A DNA stretch of 64,000 bases. Origin: an uncultured Bacteroidales bacterium (lineage in GTDB: Bacteria > Bacteroidota > Bacteroidia > Bacteroidales > Paludibacteraceae). The notes beneath the pieces were generated by a model that saw nothing but the letters and a program-made list of their open reading frames with translations, did no database searches and was not told where the DNA came from. Location of the stretch: positions 6,940 to 70,939 of the forward strand of contig ONJT01000004.1 in the NCBI GenBank assembly GCA_900318245.1, written 5' to 3'. Positions 10,732 through 18,475 of this stretch are shown here, in pieces (the stretch's first letter is position 1; each line of letters starts with the position of its first letter). Made by a program: the position numbers and the translations under genes.

Positions 10732-11340
10732 ATGAAAAAGGCCACAATAGATAAACTATACCGAATAGACCGTGTTATGCGCACGATACTTGGTGTCGTT
10801 TCGGTACTAGTGCTCGTCTTTCTTGTGGTTGCTGCGTTTGAGACTCCTTTGCAAAAGTTTTGTATAACAGCCTTTTGGACATGCGCAGGCGTATGGGCGT
10901 TTTTTCTAATATGTCGTATTATTCTCTCTCCCTTCGTTAAAAGTGACGAGGAAGAAGAGTTAGAGCAAAAGATTCAAGAGATAATGCAGAAAAACACGGA
11001 AATAGTCCCAAAGGACTATACGCCGCTATGTAGCTTATCGCAGGAACAAGAGATACAGGTTAAGCATATTTTGAAGAATTTACCGGAACATCCAAGCAAA
11101 CCGGGATACATCAATTTAGCGCTTATTGCCCGTTATTTGACAGCCTTGGAGCAATTAGAGTTGGCCAATTTGGAGAATAGGCACGCTCTACGCCTATGGG
11201 TGCAGCAAGTCACAGGCAAAAAGGTGCCGAGCGTCAGTCAATTCAACGAAGCCATACCCAATACAAATCGCAAAGAAGTCGCTAAAGTAAGAGATAGTAT
11301 ATCAGCTATTGTTCTAAATAGCAAGAATATCCCATCCTGA
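10732..11340 (+). CDS. hypothetical membrane-anchored protein (low-GC islet 1)
   Basis: 202 aa with two N-terminal TM segments. No recognisable family. Noticeably AT-richer than its neighbours. Confidence 0.5.
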   Translation: MKKATIDKLYRIDRVMRTILGVVSVLVLVFLVVAAFETPLQKFCITAFWTCAGVWAFFLICRIILSPFVKSDEEEELEQKIQEIMQKNTEIVPKDYTPLCSLSQEQEIQVKHILKNLPEHPSKPGYINLALIARYLTALEQLELANLENRHALRLWVQQVTGKKVPSVSQFNEAIPNTNRKEVAKVRDSISAIVLNSKNIPS

Positions 11341-11456
11341 TCTTTATTTAGATTTTTCGATTTCTTCGATTTTATCATCGAGTTTTAGGTTTTCTGCCTA
11401 AAACATTGTACTTTTGCCCAAAATTTTGGAATTTATGCATGTAAAATCAAATTATA

Positions 11457-11488
11457 TTTGCGCATATGGAAAAATATTTGTATCTTTG
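11457..11488 (+). promoter_or_regulatory. Bacteroidota-type promoter (TTTG at -33, TATCTTTG at -7)
   Basis: TTTG at 11457-11460 and TATCTTTG at 11481-11488, with a 20-nt spacer. Confidence 0.5.
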
Positions 11489-11496
11489 CGGTCGAA

Positions 11497-11710
11497 ATAA
11501 AATAATGGGCACAAGAGTGTGCCAACAGGTAGCGTTATAAGCTAAACTTGAGTTTTTGAAACTTCGACAACTTCAAAAAACTATTAACGATTCAAGCAAA
11601 AGCCTATGCGCTCGCGCCATCGGCGTGAGCTTTTGCGTAGAATTTGAATCGTTAAGGTAGTCGAAGACCTCAAAAACTCAAAGGACACGAACAAAAGTTC
11701 ACGTTTTTTT
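11497..11710 (+). ncRNA. candidate structured RNA (stand-alone sRNA or long cis-regulatory leader of 11745..12701)
   Basis: 5' hairpin GGCACA-AGAG-TGTGCC (11508-11523). A 137-nt imperfect hairpin at 11547-11683 contains 12-bp, 6-bp, 12-bp, 8-bp and 9-bp helices. It ends in GAAC-AAAA-GTTC plus T7 (11704-11710). No ORF. Confidence 0.4.
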
Positions 11711-11744
11711 AGTGTGTATTATTAACTCAAAATCATAGTATATT

Positions 11745-12701
11745 ATGAAAAAGAAATTGACACTCTTAGTGTGCGTGCTAATTGCAACCACATCTCTCTG
11801 GGCGCAGGACATCATTGTTACTAATGATGCCCAAAAGATTGAAGCAAAAATCCTTGAAGTCTCAAAAACAGAAGTTAAGTACAAGGAAAAGTCTGATCTC
11901 AATGGTCCAACCTTTATTCTTGAGACGAAAGAAATTAGTTCCATCGTTTACTCAAACGGAAAAGTTGTACTGTATAATCAAGAGCAGCCAGCACAAGTAG
12001 CAAAGCAAGTAGAAGAGCACAAACAATCTGCTACTCAAGCTATAGATGAAAATACTGTTGAAATTCTCTTACTCTCAGGCAAAACAATTGTCGCTCCACT
12101 CGTTGAAATGAAAGCGAACTATGTTTCTTGCGTTATGAATGGAAAGACAGAGGTGATTCCTGCTTCGCAGATTGACAGAGTCACCCTACTGGCGAATGGA
12201 CAAGTTAAAGAATATGGTGGGCGCGGAGTTAATGTATCAGAAGAAATAAAGGCAACAAGTGAACAAACTATGTCTTCAAGTGCAACTACAATCTCTAAAT
12301 CCGGGCGTATATATCGCGACAATGGTCACTATCTGCATAACGATGTCTATATTTCCTCAAAAGAAGTTGAACGCATCCTCGAACGGGAAGATCCTGTAGC
12401 ATACAAAGAATGGCAAAAAGCGGAAGGATTATTAATTGCCGGAGGTGTGTTCGACGGTATTGGACTTGGATTAGCAATTGGAGGACTCTTCACGTTAATA
12501 CAACCCCGCAATTATATTGCATGTTTAGGGATTGAATGTGGGGCGCTTGTCTCTCTCGGCGTAGGATTAGGTCTTACGTTTGGCTCATCCGCTCACTACA
12601 ACAAAGCAATTGATATTTACAATTCCAAGTACGATCATGCAGCAGTACAACTTAAATGGCATGTTGCGCCGACAGAAGTCGGTTTAGCCTTGGTATTCTA
12701 A
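11745..12701 (+). CDS. hypothetical secreted/membrane protein (low-GC islet 1)
   Basis: Signal peptide MKKKLTLLVCVLIATTSLWAQ and a C-terminal glycine-zipper TM region (GGVFDGIGLGLAIGGLF). Confidence 0.6.
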   Translation: MKKKLTLLVCVLIATTSLWAQDIIVTNDAQKIEAKILEVSKTEVKYKEKSDLNGPTFILETKEISSIVYSNGKVVLYNQEQPAQVAKQVEEHKQSATQAIDENTVEILLLSGKTIVAPLVEMKANYVSCVMNGKTEVIPASQIDRVTLLANGQVKEYGGRGVNVSEEIKATSEQTMSSSATTISKSGRIYRDNGHYLHNDVYISSKEVERILEREDPVAYKEWQKAEGLLIAGGVFDGIGLGLAIGGLFTLIQPRNYIACLGIECGALVSLGVGLGLTFGSSAHYNKAIDIYNSKYDHAAVQLKWHVAPTEVGLALVF

Positions 12702-12734
12702 CAAATTATAATATTAACTCAAAAATCAATCATT

Positions 12735-13139
12735 ATGAAAAAACTGTTAACTGTCACTCTTTGCGCTATTGTAGCACTATTTATTTGCTCGTGCGAGAAG
12801 AAACAAGTTGCAAATCCTGCAAACCTAACACTTTCGTTTGAGTATCGGGAAGTTGTCAATGATATCCATAATAACAATAAAGTTGAAATACGTAGCACAT
12901 CTACGCCATCTTTCGTTGCTCCCGATATTTGGTACGATTGGGGAGCAGAAACAGGAATAGCTATCATGATAGGAGATGGTAAACATTATTTTAATAACAC
13001 TGGTAAATATAATGTAACTATGCTTTATAAGCCTGCCGTTGAACCGGATGTAGATGCAATACATGCGTCACGTACACTTTCCATGCAAGTGACAGGTGTG
13101 CCAGATAGTATCTGGCGAGCAGCTGTTCCAGTGGAATAA
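12735..13139 (+). CDS. small lipoprotein (low-GC islet 1)
   Basis: MKKLLTVTLCAIVALFICSCEKK lipobox. 134 aa. Confidence 0.6.
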   Translation: MKKLLTVTLCAIVALFICSCEKKQVANPANLTLSFEYREVVNDIHNNNKVEIRSTSTPSFVAPDIWYDWGAETGIAIMIGDGKHYFNNTGKYNVTMLYKPAVEPDVDAIHASRTLSMQVTGVPDSIWRAAVPVE

Positions 13140-13175
13140 AGTCTGTTTTGAAGGAAGTCTCTAGGAATGACGTTG

Positions 13176-13209
13176 GGGTGATCTTAGGCTGAGCAGCCTT
13201 TGATCACCC
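13176..13209 (+). terminator. nested perfect hairpin downstream of 12735..13139
   Basis: GGGTGATC-tt-AGGCT-gagc-AGCCT-tt-GATCACCC followed by TTTC. Confidence 0.5.
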
Positions 13210-13213
13210 TTTC

Positions 13214-13235
13214 AGCACCCATTGAGCACCCATTG
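13214..13235. repeat. tandem direct repeat AGCACCCATTG x2
   Basis: Exact 11-mer at 13214-13224 and again at 13225-13235. Confidence 0.9.
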
Positions 13236-13630
13236 GAACCAGGTGGAGACCTGCAGGAGATGAGGAGGCGGATAGCATCCGCGACAACGAACGACGCAAA
13301 CCGGCATCCAATGCCGGTCTAACTGACAAAGGACGCCGATTAATAATCGGCAAAATGGACAAAGCCCCCTAATAGTAAAAACAGAAAAACCACCGCAGGT
13401 AAACAGCCTGCTACACTCCGCATGGCGCTACAACCGCATTTATCCTGTATCGGGCGGGCCCTCGGCGTTTGTAGCCTCGAGCATCGTGATACAAAGACGA
13501 GGGACGATACAGGATAACCCGTCCGCACGTAGAGGGCGGACAACGAAGCGGTAATCCGCCTACACCGCGAGTCCTGAAAAAGGCACAAGAGAAAAAAGTT
13601 GCCGCAAAAATGCGACAAAGATGCAAATTA

Positions 13631-13662
13631 TTTGCATAATTCAAAAAAAAGCAGTAATTTTG
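13631..13662 (+). promoter_or_regulatory. promoter of the tRNA-Gly/rnpB unit
   Basis: TTTG at 13631-13634 and TAATTTTG at 13655-13662. The tRNA begins 18 nt after the -7 box. Confidence 0.6.
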
Positions 13663-13679
13663 TGGCCGATTTAAGAATT

Positions 13680-13753
13680 GCGGTGTTAGCACATCGGTAG
13701 TGCATCGGCTTCCCAAGCCGAGGAGGCGGGTTCGATTCCCGTACACCGCTCCA
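13680..13753 (+). tRNA. tRNA-Gly (anticodon CCC), CCA encoded
   Basis: Hand-folded cloverleaf: acceptor GCGGTGT/ACACCGC, D arm GCAC/GTGC, anticodon stem TCGGC/GCCGA with loop TTCCCAA, T arm GCGGG-TTCGATT-CCCGT, discriminator T, then CCA. Confidence 0.93.
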
Positions 13754-14040
13754 AGCAGGCCGGTCTGTCGCGCCGAAAGGTGAGGAAAGTCCGGGCAGCA
13801 CAGAGCACCGCAGCGGTTAACGGCCGTCAGGCAGAAATGTTTGGTCACTGCTACAGAGACGAGTCGCCTTCGGGCGGGTGAAACGAGCACACTGTGGGCT
13901 GCAATTCCATGTAAACCGACGTCTGAGCGTTGCTCGCGCGAGTCGGAGGGTAGGAAGCGAGAGAGAGGCATGGTAACATGTTCTCCGAGATTAATGACAG
14001 ACGCCCGAAAGGGTACAGAACCCGGCTTACAGGCCTGCTG
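13754..14040 (+). ncRNA. rnpB: RNase P RNA, bacterial type A, compact (about 287 nt)
   Basis: P1 AGCAGGCC/GGCCTGCT, P2 GGTCTGTC/GACAGAC. Universal P4 strands GAGGAAAGTCCGGGC and ACAGAACCCGGCTTA. GGGTGAAA and GTAAAC motifs are in the specificity domain. Confidence 0.9.
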
Positions 14041-14057
14041 CCCCCTGCGGGGGAAAA
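14041..14057 (+). terminator. GC hairpin after rnpB (no U tract)
   Basis: CCCCC-TGC-GGGGG followed by AAAA. Confidence 0.35.
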
Positions 14058-14058
14058 C

Positions 14059-14095
14059 GTTAAACTGTTAAATCGTTAAACTGTTAACACGTTAA
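14059..14095 (+). repeat. (GTTAA-N3) x5 array, exact 8-nt period, abutting a start codon
   Basis: GTTAA at 14059, 14067, 14075, 14083 and 14091. The GTG start is at 14096. Confidence 0.9.
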
Positions 14096-15418
14096 GTGAA
14101 AAACACCAAATTTTCCCAAATAGCAGGATTTGTACGCTACGACATGTGGCGGAGGACATCGACGGAGATAGACACTTGGTACAAGCGTCTGGGATATATG
14201 GTGATGCGTACGATCGCGCTGGTGGTGCGCGGCTTCACGAGCAAAAACCTCAATGACCAGGCCAAAGCCCTCACCTACTCCCTTATCTTTGCGGTCGTAC
14301 CTATCCTCGCGATGATCTTCGCGGTAGCCAAGGGTTTCGGTGTGGACGATGTGATCGAGCAACAACTCAACGCATCATTCCTCGGCGAGACGAACATGGT
14401 TCCGACCATTATGACGATGGTCGATCGCTATCTGGAGACGGCGCAAGGCGGCCTATTCATCGGAATTGGTATTCTGATCTTGCTTTGGGCCATTTATTCG
14501 TTCTTCCAGTCCGTAGAGACCGCTTTCAACCGCATATGGAACGTGAAAAAATCGCGTTCTATCCTTCGTCAGGTGACCACTTATATCGCTATTGTAGTGC
14601 TGATGCCGGTGTTGATCGTTTGTTCGGCGGGTTTGAATATCTTCGTTCATTCGGCCGTAGAGAACGTCGTGCATGCGCATGTTCTACACGAGTTCCTGCA
14701 TGCTAACGGCGTGAAGTTTCTGCAATTTGTGATGTGCTGGTTGCTCTTCACGATCATGTATGTCGCTATCCCGAACACGAAAGTGCGTTTTCTGCCGGCC
14801 CTTATACCGGGTGTGCTGATGGGTACGCTGTTCCAGTTACTGCAAATGCTGTCCGTCTATTTGATCGCACTCTTAAGCCGCACGAGTATCGTGTACGGAG
14901 CGTTCGCGTCGATACCTATTCTGATGACGTGGCTGCAGTGGACAAGTCTGCTGATTTTGATCGGCGCAGAGATGAGTTATGCCATCCAGAACAACGAGGA
15001 GTTTGAGTACGAGCACGACCTGAATATGATGTCGCGCCGCTACAAAGACTTCATCATGCTCTACCTCTTATCTATTATAATCAAGCGTTTTGAGAACGAC
15101 GAAGCACCTCTCACGGCGCATGAACTTGCTATTCGCGACCATTTACCCATTCGCGTCGTCAATCAGTTATTAGGCCGAATGGTGGAGACCGGCGTGGTGA
15201 GAGAGGTGTATGTAGAGGGCGAAGAAGAGAAGACTTTCCAGCCTGCGCTCGACACACATAAGATCAGCATCGGTATGGTCATCGACCGTATTGACGCGCA
15301 GGGAGCAGAGGAGTTTTTGGCTTCACCGACGCCAGAGATGCAAGCGTTCTGGGAGCGGTATGTGGAGGTGAAGAAGGACCATACGACATTGGACGAAATT
15401 CTAATTACAGACATATGA
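14096..15418 (+). CDS. YihY/BrkB-family inner-membrane protein with a C-terminal winged-helix-like domain
   Basis: 440 aa. YihY core (KALTYSLIFAVVPILAMIFAV..., six TM segments). GTG start at 14096; the alternative ATG is at 14144. Confidence 0.8.
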   Translation: MKNTKFSQIAGFVRYDMWRRTSTEIDTWYKRLGYMVMRTIALVVRGFTSKNLNDQAKALTYSLIFAVVPILAMIFAVAKGFGVDDVIEQQLNASFLGETNMVPTIMTMVDRYLETAQGGLFIGIGILILLWAIYSFFQSVETAFNRIWNVKKSRSILRQVTTYIAIVVLMPVLIVCSAGLNIFVHSAVENVVHAHVLHEFLHANGVKFLQFVMCWLLFTIMYVAIPNTKVRFLPALIPGVLMGTLFQLLQMLSVYLIALLSRTSIVYGAFASIPILMTWLQWTSLLILIGAEMSYAIQNNEEFEYEHDLNMMSRRYKDFIMLYLLSIIIKRFENDEAPLTAHELAIRDHLPIRVVNQLLGRMVETGVVREVYVEGEEEKTFQPALDTHKISIGMVIDRIDAQGAEEFLASPTPEMQAFWERYVEVKKDHTTLDEILITDI

Positions 15419-17265
15419 AAAGACACCCTATTCTATTGGCCGCCGTGCTGATGATGAGTCAGCTGATGATTGCGGCACCGAAGATTCAACAAGTGGAGCC
15501 CCTTTGTTGGTGGACGAACATGAACACGCCGCTGACGTTGCTCTTCCATGGTCAAGATCTGCAAGACGCGCAGGTAAGTGTGCAGCAGATCGTCAACGGC
15601 AAAGTGATGCGCGGCGCGTGCTTAGGTCTCGTGCCTACCGGTCAACACAACGCGGAGAGTGCGAACTACCTGTTCGTGGACTTCGGCGTCAACCAAGCCG
15701 GTACCTACCGTATTACTCTCAAGAAAGGCCGTAAGAAAGCGACGTATGACTATGTCATCAACGAGCGCAAAGCCGGTAGCCGCGAGCGCAAGAGTTTCGA
15801 TGCGTCGGACGTGGTATACCTCATCATGAGTGACCGCTTCGTGGATGGCGACGAGAGCAATAACAGCACGAAAGACACCCGCGAGAAAGCCAACAAAGCC
15901 GACGTGAACGGTCGTTGGGGCGGTGATATCCAAGGTATCATCAATAGTTTCGACCATATTCTGGCGCTGGGTGCGACCGCTATCTGGCCGACGCCGATGC
16001 TTGGCGACGACGAGGCAGCATGGAGTTATCACGGCTACGCATGCTCGGACTACTATCATATCGACCCGCGTTACGGAAGCAACGCGCTGTATGCAAAAAT
16101 GGTGCAACAAGCGCACGAGAAGGGACTGAAGATATTAATGGATATGGTGCCAAACCACTGCGGCGCGGCGCACTGGTGGATGAAAGATCTGCCGTACCAT
16201 AACTGGGTTAACCAGTTCGACAGCTTCACGAACACCAATAACTGCTTCACGGCGAACTACGACCCGAATGCGTCGGAATACGACCGCCTGCTGAGTAACC
16301 GCGGTTGGTTTGACCATCCGATGCCGGATATGAACCTCGAGAACCCCGACTTGCTGAAGTATTTCCAGCAGTGGGCGATTTGGTGGATTGAGTTTGCGGA
16401 CCTCGACGGCCTGCGTGTGGACACCTATCCGTATATTGAGAAGATTCCCGCCAGCCAATGGCTTAAGGCCATCCGCGAGGAGTATCCGAATATGAATATC
16501 GTCGGCGAGTGCTGGACTCGTCCGGCTCCGGCTGTAGCTTACTGGCAGAGCGGCGCAAAGAACTTCGACGGCTTTGACTCGAACCTGCCTACCGTGATGG
16601 ACTTCCCCGTAGAAGAAGCTATTCGTCAGGCGCTTGAGAATGACGGTAGCGGTTGGGGCAACGGTTTGACGCGTGTGTATGACGCGATGACGCTCGATTA
16701 CATGTACGCCGATGTGAACAAGTTGCTGACCTTCCTCGGCAACCACGATATGGCCCGTATCGCCGATGTAGTCAAGGATAAAGACCCGCGCCGCGTGAAG
16801 TTAGCGAACGTGCTGCTGGCGACGATGCGTGGTATTCCGCAACTCCTTTACGGTGATGAGTATGCGATGACCGCTAAGGGCGATCCGAACAGCCACTCCC
16901 TACTCCGCGCTCCGCTGCCGCAGGGCGATGAGGTGACGCCGGAGATGCAGGATATGTTCGACTTCCAGAGCGCGCTCTATACTTGGCGTAAGAACGAACC
17001 GGTGCTGCATTTCGGCCGCACGATGCATTTCCTCGCGCGCAACAACACCTATGCATTCTTCCGTTATAATGACCAAGAGGCGGTGTTTGTGTTCGCGAAC
17101 GCAGCCGAACAGCCGCGTACCATTCCGACGGAGACCTATGCCGAGATCCTGGGCAAGTATAATGCCAGAGGCATTAATCCGCTGACGGGCGAGACGGTTG
17201 ATCTCCGCCGCAGAAATATCGAGGTGCCGGCATTAGGAACACTCATCGTAAAGTTGACGAAATGA
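15415..17265 (+). CDS. GH13 alpha-amylase-family glycosidase (cyclomaltodextrinase/neopullulanase-like), secreted
   Basis: GH13 conserved regions: DRFVDGD, GGDIQGI, LMDMVPNHCG, GLRVDTYPY, VGECW, FLGNHDMAR. N-terminal signal peptide. Confidence 0.85.
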   Translation: MKRHPILLAAVLMMSQLMIAAPKIQQVEPLCWWTNMNTPLTLLFHGQDLQDAQVSVQQIVNGKVMRGACLGLVPTGQHNAESANYLFVDFGVNQAGTYRITLKKGRKKATYDYVINERKAGSRERKSFDASDVVYLIMSDRFVDGDESNNSTKDTREKANKADVNGRWGGDIQGIINSFDHILALGATAIWPTPMLGDDEAAWSYHGYACSDYYHIDPRYGSNALYAKMVQQAHEKGLKILMDMVPNHCGAAHWWMKDLPYHNWVNQFDSFTNTNNCFTANYDPNASEYDRLLSNRGWFDHPMPDMNLENPDLLKYFQQWAIWWIEFADLDGLRVDTYPYIEKIPASQWLKAIREEYPNMNIVGECWTRPAPAVAYWQSGAKNFDGFDSNLPTVMDFPVEEAIRQALENDGSGWGNGLTRVYDAMTLDYMYADVNKLLTFLGNHDMARIADVVKDKDPRRVKLANVLLATMRGIPQLLYGDEYAMTAKGDPNSHSLLRAPLPQGDEVTPEMQDMFDFQSALYTWRKNEPVLHFGRTMHFLARNNTYAFFRYNDQEAVFVFANAAEQPRTIPTETYAEILGKYNARGINPLTGETVDLRRRNIEVPALGTLIVKLTK

Positions 17266-17453
17266 ACGAAGGAATAAAAAAGGCGTGCCCGCGATGCGGC
17301 GCGCCTTTTATTTGCCATCACGAGAATCCTGCGATCTGCCAGTGCGCGGGAGTTACATTAAACGAAAAAGCGCGCGCATTTCTGCGCACGCATTATTCGG
17401 ATTGCTTATGCAGGGCATGCCTGATAGAGGTTGCCAGAAACCTAGGAAACTAG
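17262..17453 (+). CDS. cysteine-rich CWC-family small protein
   Basis: 63 aa with a CPRCGAPFIC...CQC...CLCRAC pattern. ATGA overlap with the amylase gene. Confidence 0.6.
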   Translation: MNEGIKKACPRCGAPFICHHENPAICQCAGVTLNEKARAFLRTHYSDCLCRACLIEVARNLGN

Positions 17454-18475
17454 TATAATTTCGCTGCAAAGTGCAGCGTGGAATCGGGGGCGTTATTCAG
17501 GATGTGAATAACGTCCTCGAGCATTTCTTCGGGGTGTACCACACCTCGCTCCCAGAAATTATTTGCTCCACCGGCCTTGACTTGCCTGCGCCAGTTATAT
17601 ACGCGGCCGTCTTGGTAGGCTTTGAACCACGTATGCTTCTCGTCTAATTGAGCGAGTTCGGCCAAGCTGTTTCCTCCGGCTCCCACCCACACATCCGCGT
17701 CGTGGAAATAACGCAGCGTCTCTTCTATCGTCAGCGGAATAGAGGTCTCGCGTTCGTCGTCATAGAACGGATAGTCTGCGCCGGCATCCTTGAAGAGATA
17801 CGCCAGGTAGTTCTTGCCGGAAGGCACGTACCAAGTGCCTCTAAAATTATTGCCACTCATAATTTTAGAGGATTTGACATTGGAGATTGAAGATTTGAGA
17901 TTGTTATACTTCGTCTCTACTTCGTGGAAGACCGAGTCGGCTTCGCGGAGGCGGCCGGTGAGGGCACCGAGCACACGGATCCATTCGGCCCGCGCGAGCG
18001 GTGAGCCTTCCTGCCACTCGTTGATATAGATCGTCGTCACGCCGAGTTTCTCCAGGCGCGTCGCTTCGAGGTTGTCGTATTGGCCGTAATTGACGGCTAA
18101 CAACGCGTCTAAGCCTGCTTGGAGCGTACGTTCAGCCGAGGGCTTCATCGAATCGCCGAGGTCTATCTCATCGCCTTTGACAGGCGTGTAGATCAGTTCG
18201 GGATTACAGACAGCTACGAGGCAGTCCAAGGCATCAATCGCGTAGAGAAAGCCCACCTGCACGGTGCTCATGGTTCCCAGACGACGCAGCGGCTCCTTGA
18301 TACAAAGACGCTGGTAAGGTTGGAAAACCTCCACGATCGTACCTGTGTCCGTAGGCGTGATTTGAAAGCCTGCAGCGTATTTATTCCCTATGGGAATACT
18401 ACCCTGCTCTGCGGACTGTTTAGCACAGCCCGCAAAGCAAAGCAGCAATCCTACTATCGGTAATAAACGTCTCAT
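17450..18475 (-). CDS. periplasmic-binding-protein (BtuF/FhuD-like, Peripla_BP_2) lipoprotein
   Basis: Lipobox LLLCFAGCAK. Cluster-A-like binding protein architecture. Last gene of the B12 locus. Confidence 0.7.
   Translation of the reverse strand: MRRLLPIVGLLLCFAGCAKQSAEQGSIPIGNKYAAGFQITPTDTGTIVEVFQPYQRLCIKEPLRRLGTMSTVQVGFLYAIDALDCLVAVCNPELIYTPVKGDEIDLGDSMKPSAERTLQAGLDALLAVNYGQYDNLEATRLEKLGVTTIYINEWQEGSPLARAEWIRVLGALTGRLREADSVFHEVETKYNNLKSSISNVKSSKIMSGNNFRGTWYVPSGKNYLAYLFKDAGADYPFYDDERETSIPLTIEETLRYFHDADVWVGAGGNSLAELAQLDEKHTWFKAYQDGRVYNWRRQVKAGGANNFWERGVVHPEEMLEDVIHILNNAPDSTLHFAAKLY

Noticed and set aside
11547-11683. 6S RNA (ssrS) assignment for the rod-like hairpin
   Set aside because: The overall rod shape and size are suggestive. 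However, the internal loop is strongly asymmetric (12 nt on the 5' arm, about 0 on the 3' arm) rather than an open-promoter-like central bubble. I cannot run a covariance model, so it stays an unclassified candidate RNA.
13395-13412. SRP (4.5S) RNA, because of CTGTTTACC on the minus strand
   Set aside because: Only this 9-mer resembles the E. coli 4.5S RNA. The conserved domain IV motifs (GGAAGCAGCC / AGGUCAGG) are absent.
13411-13971. 186-aa minus-strand ORF
   Set aside because: It runs through the tRNA-Gly and the RNase P RNA and through hairpin-rich non-coding DNA. It is Arg/Cys-rich junk translation.
14059-14095. Whether any of the short-period arrays (14059, 42098, 47172, 57401, 58716) is a CRISPR array
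   Set aside because: The units are 7-17 nt with no unique spacers of CRISPR size, no cas genes are in the window, and the arrays are under 140 bp.
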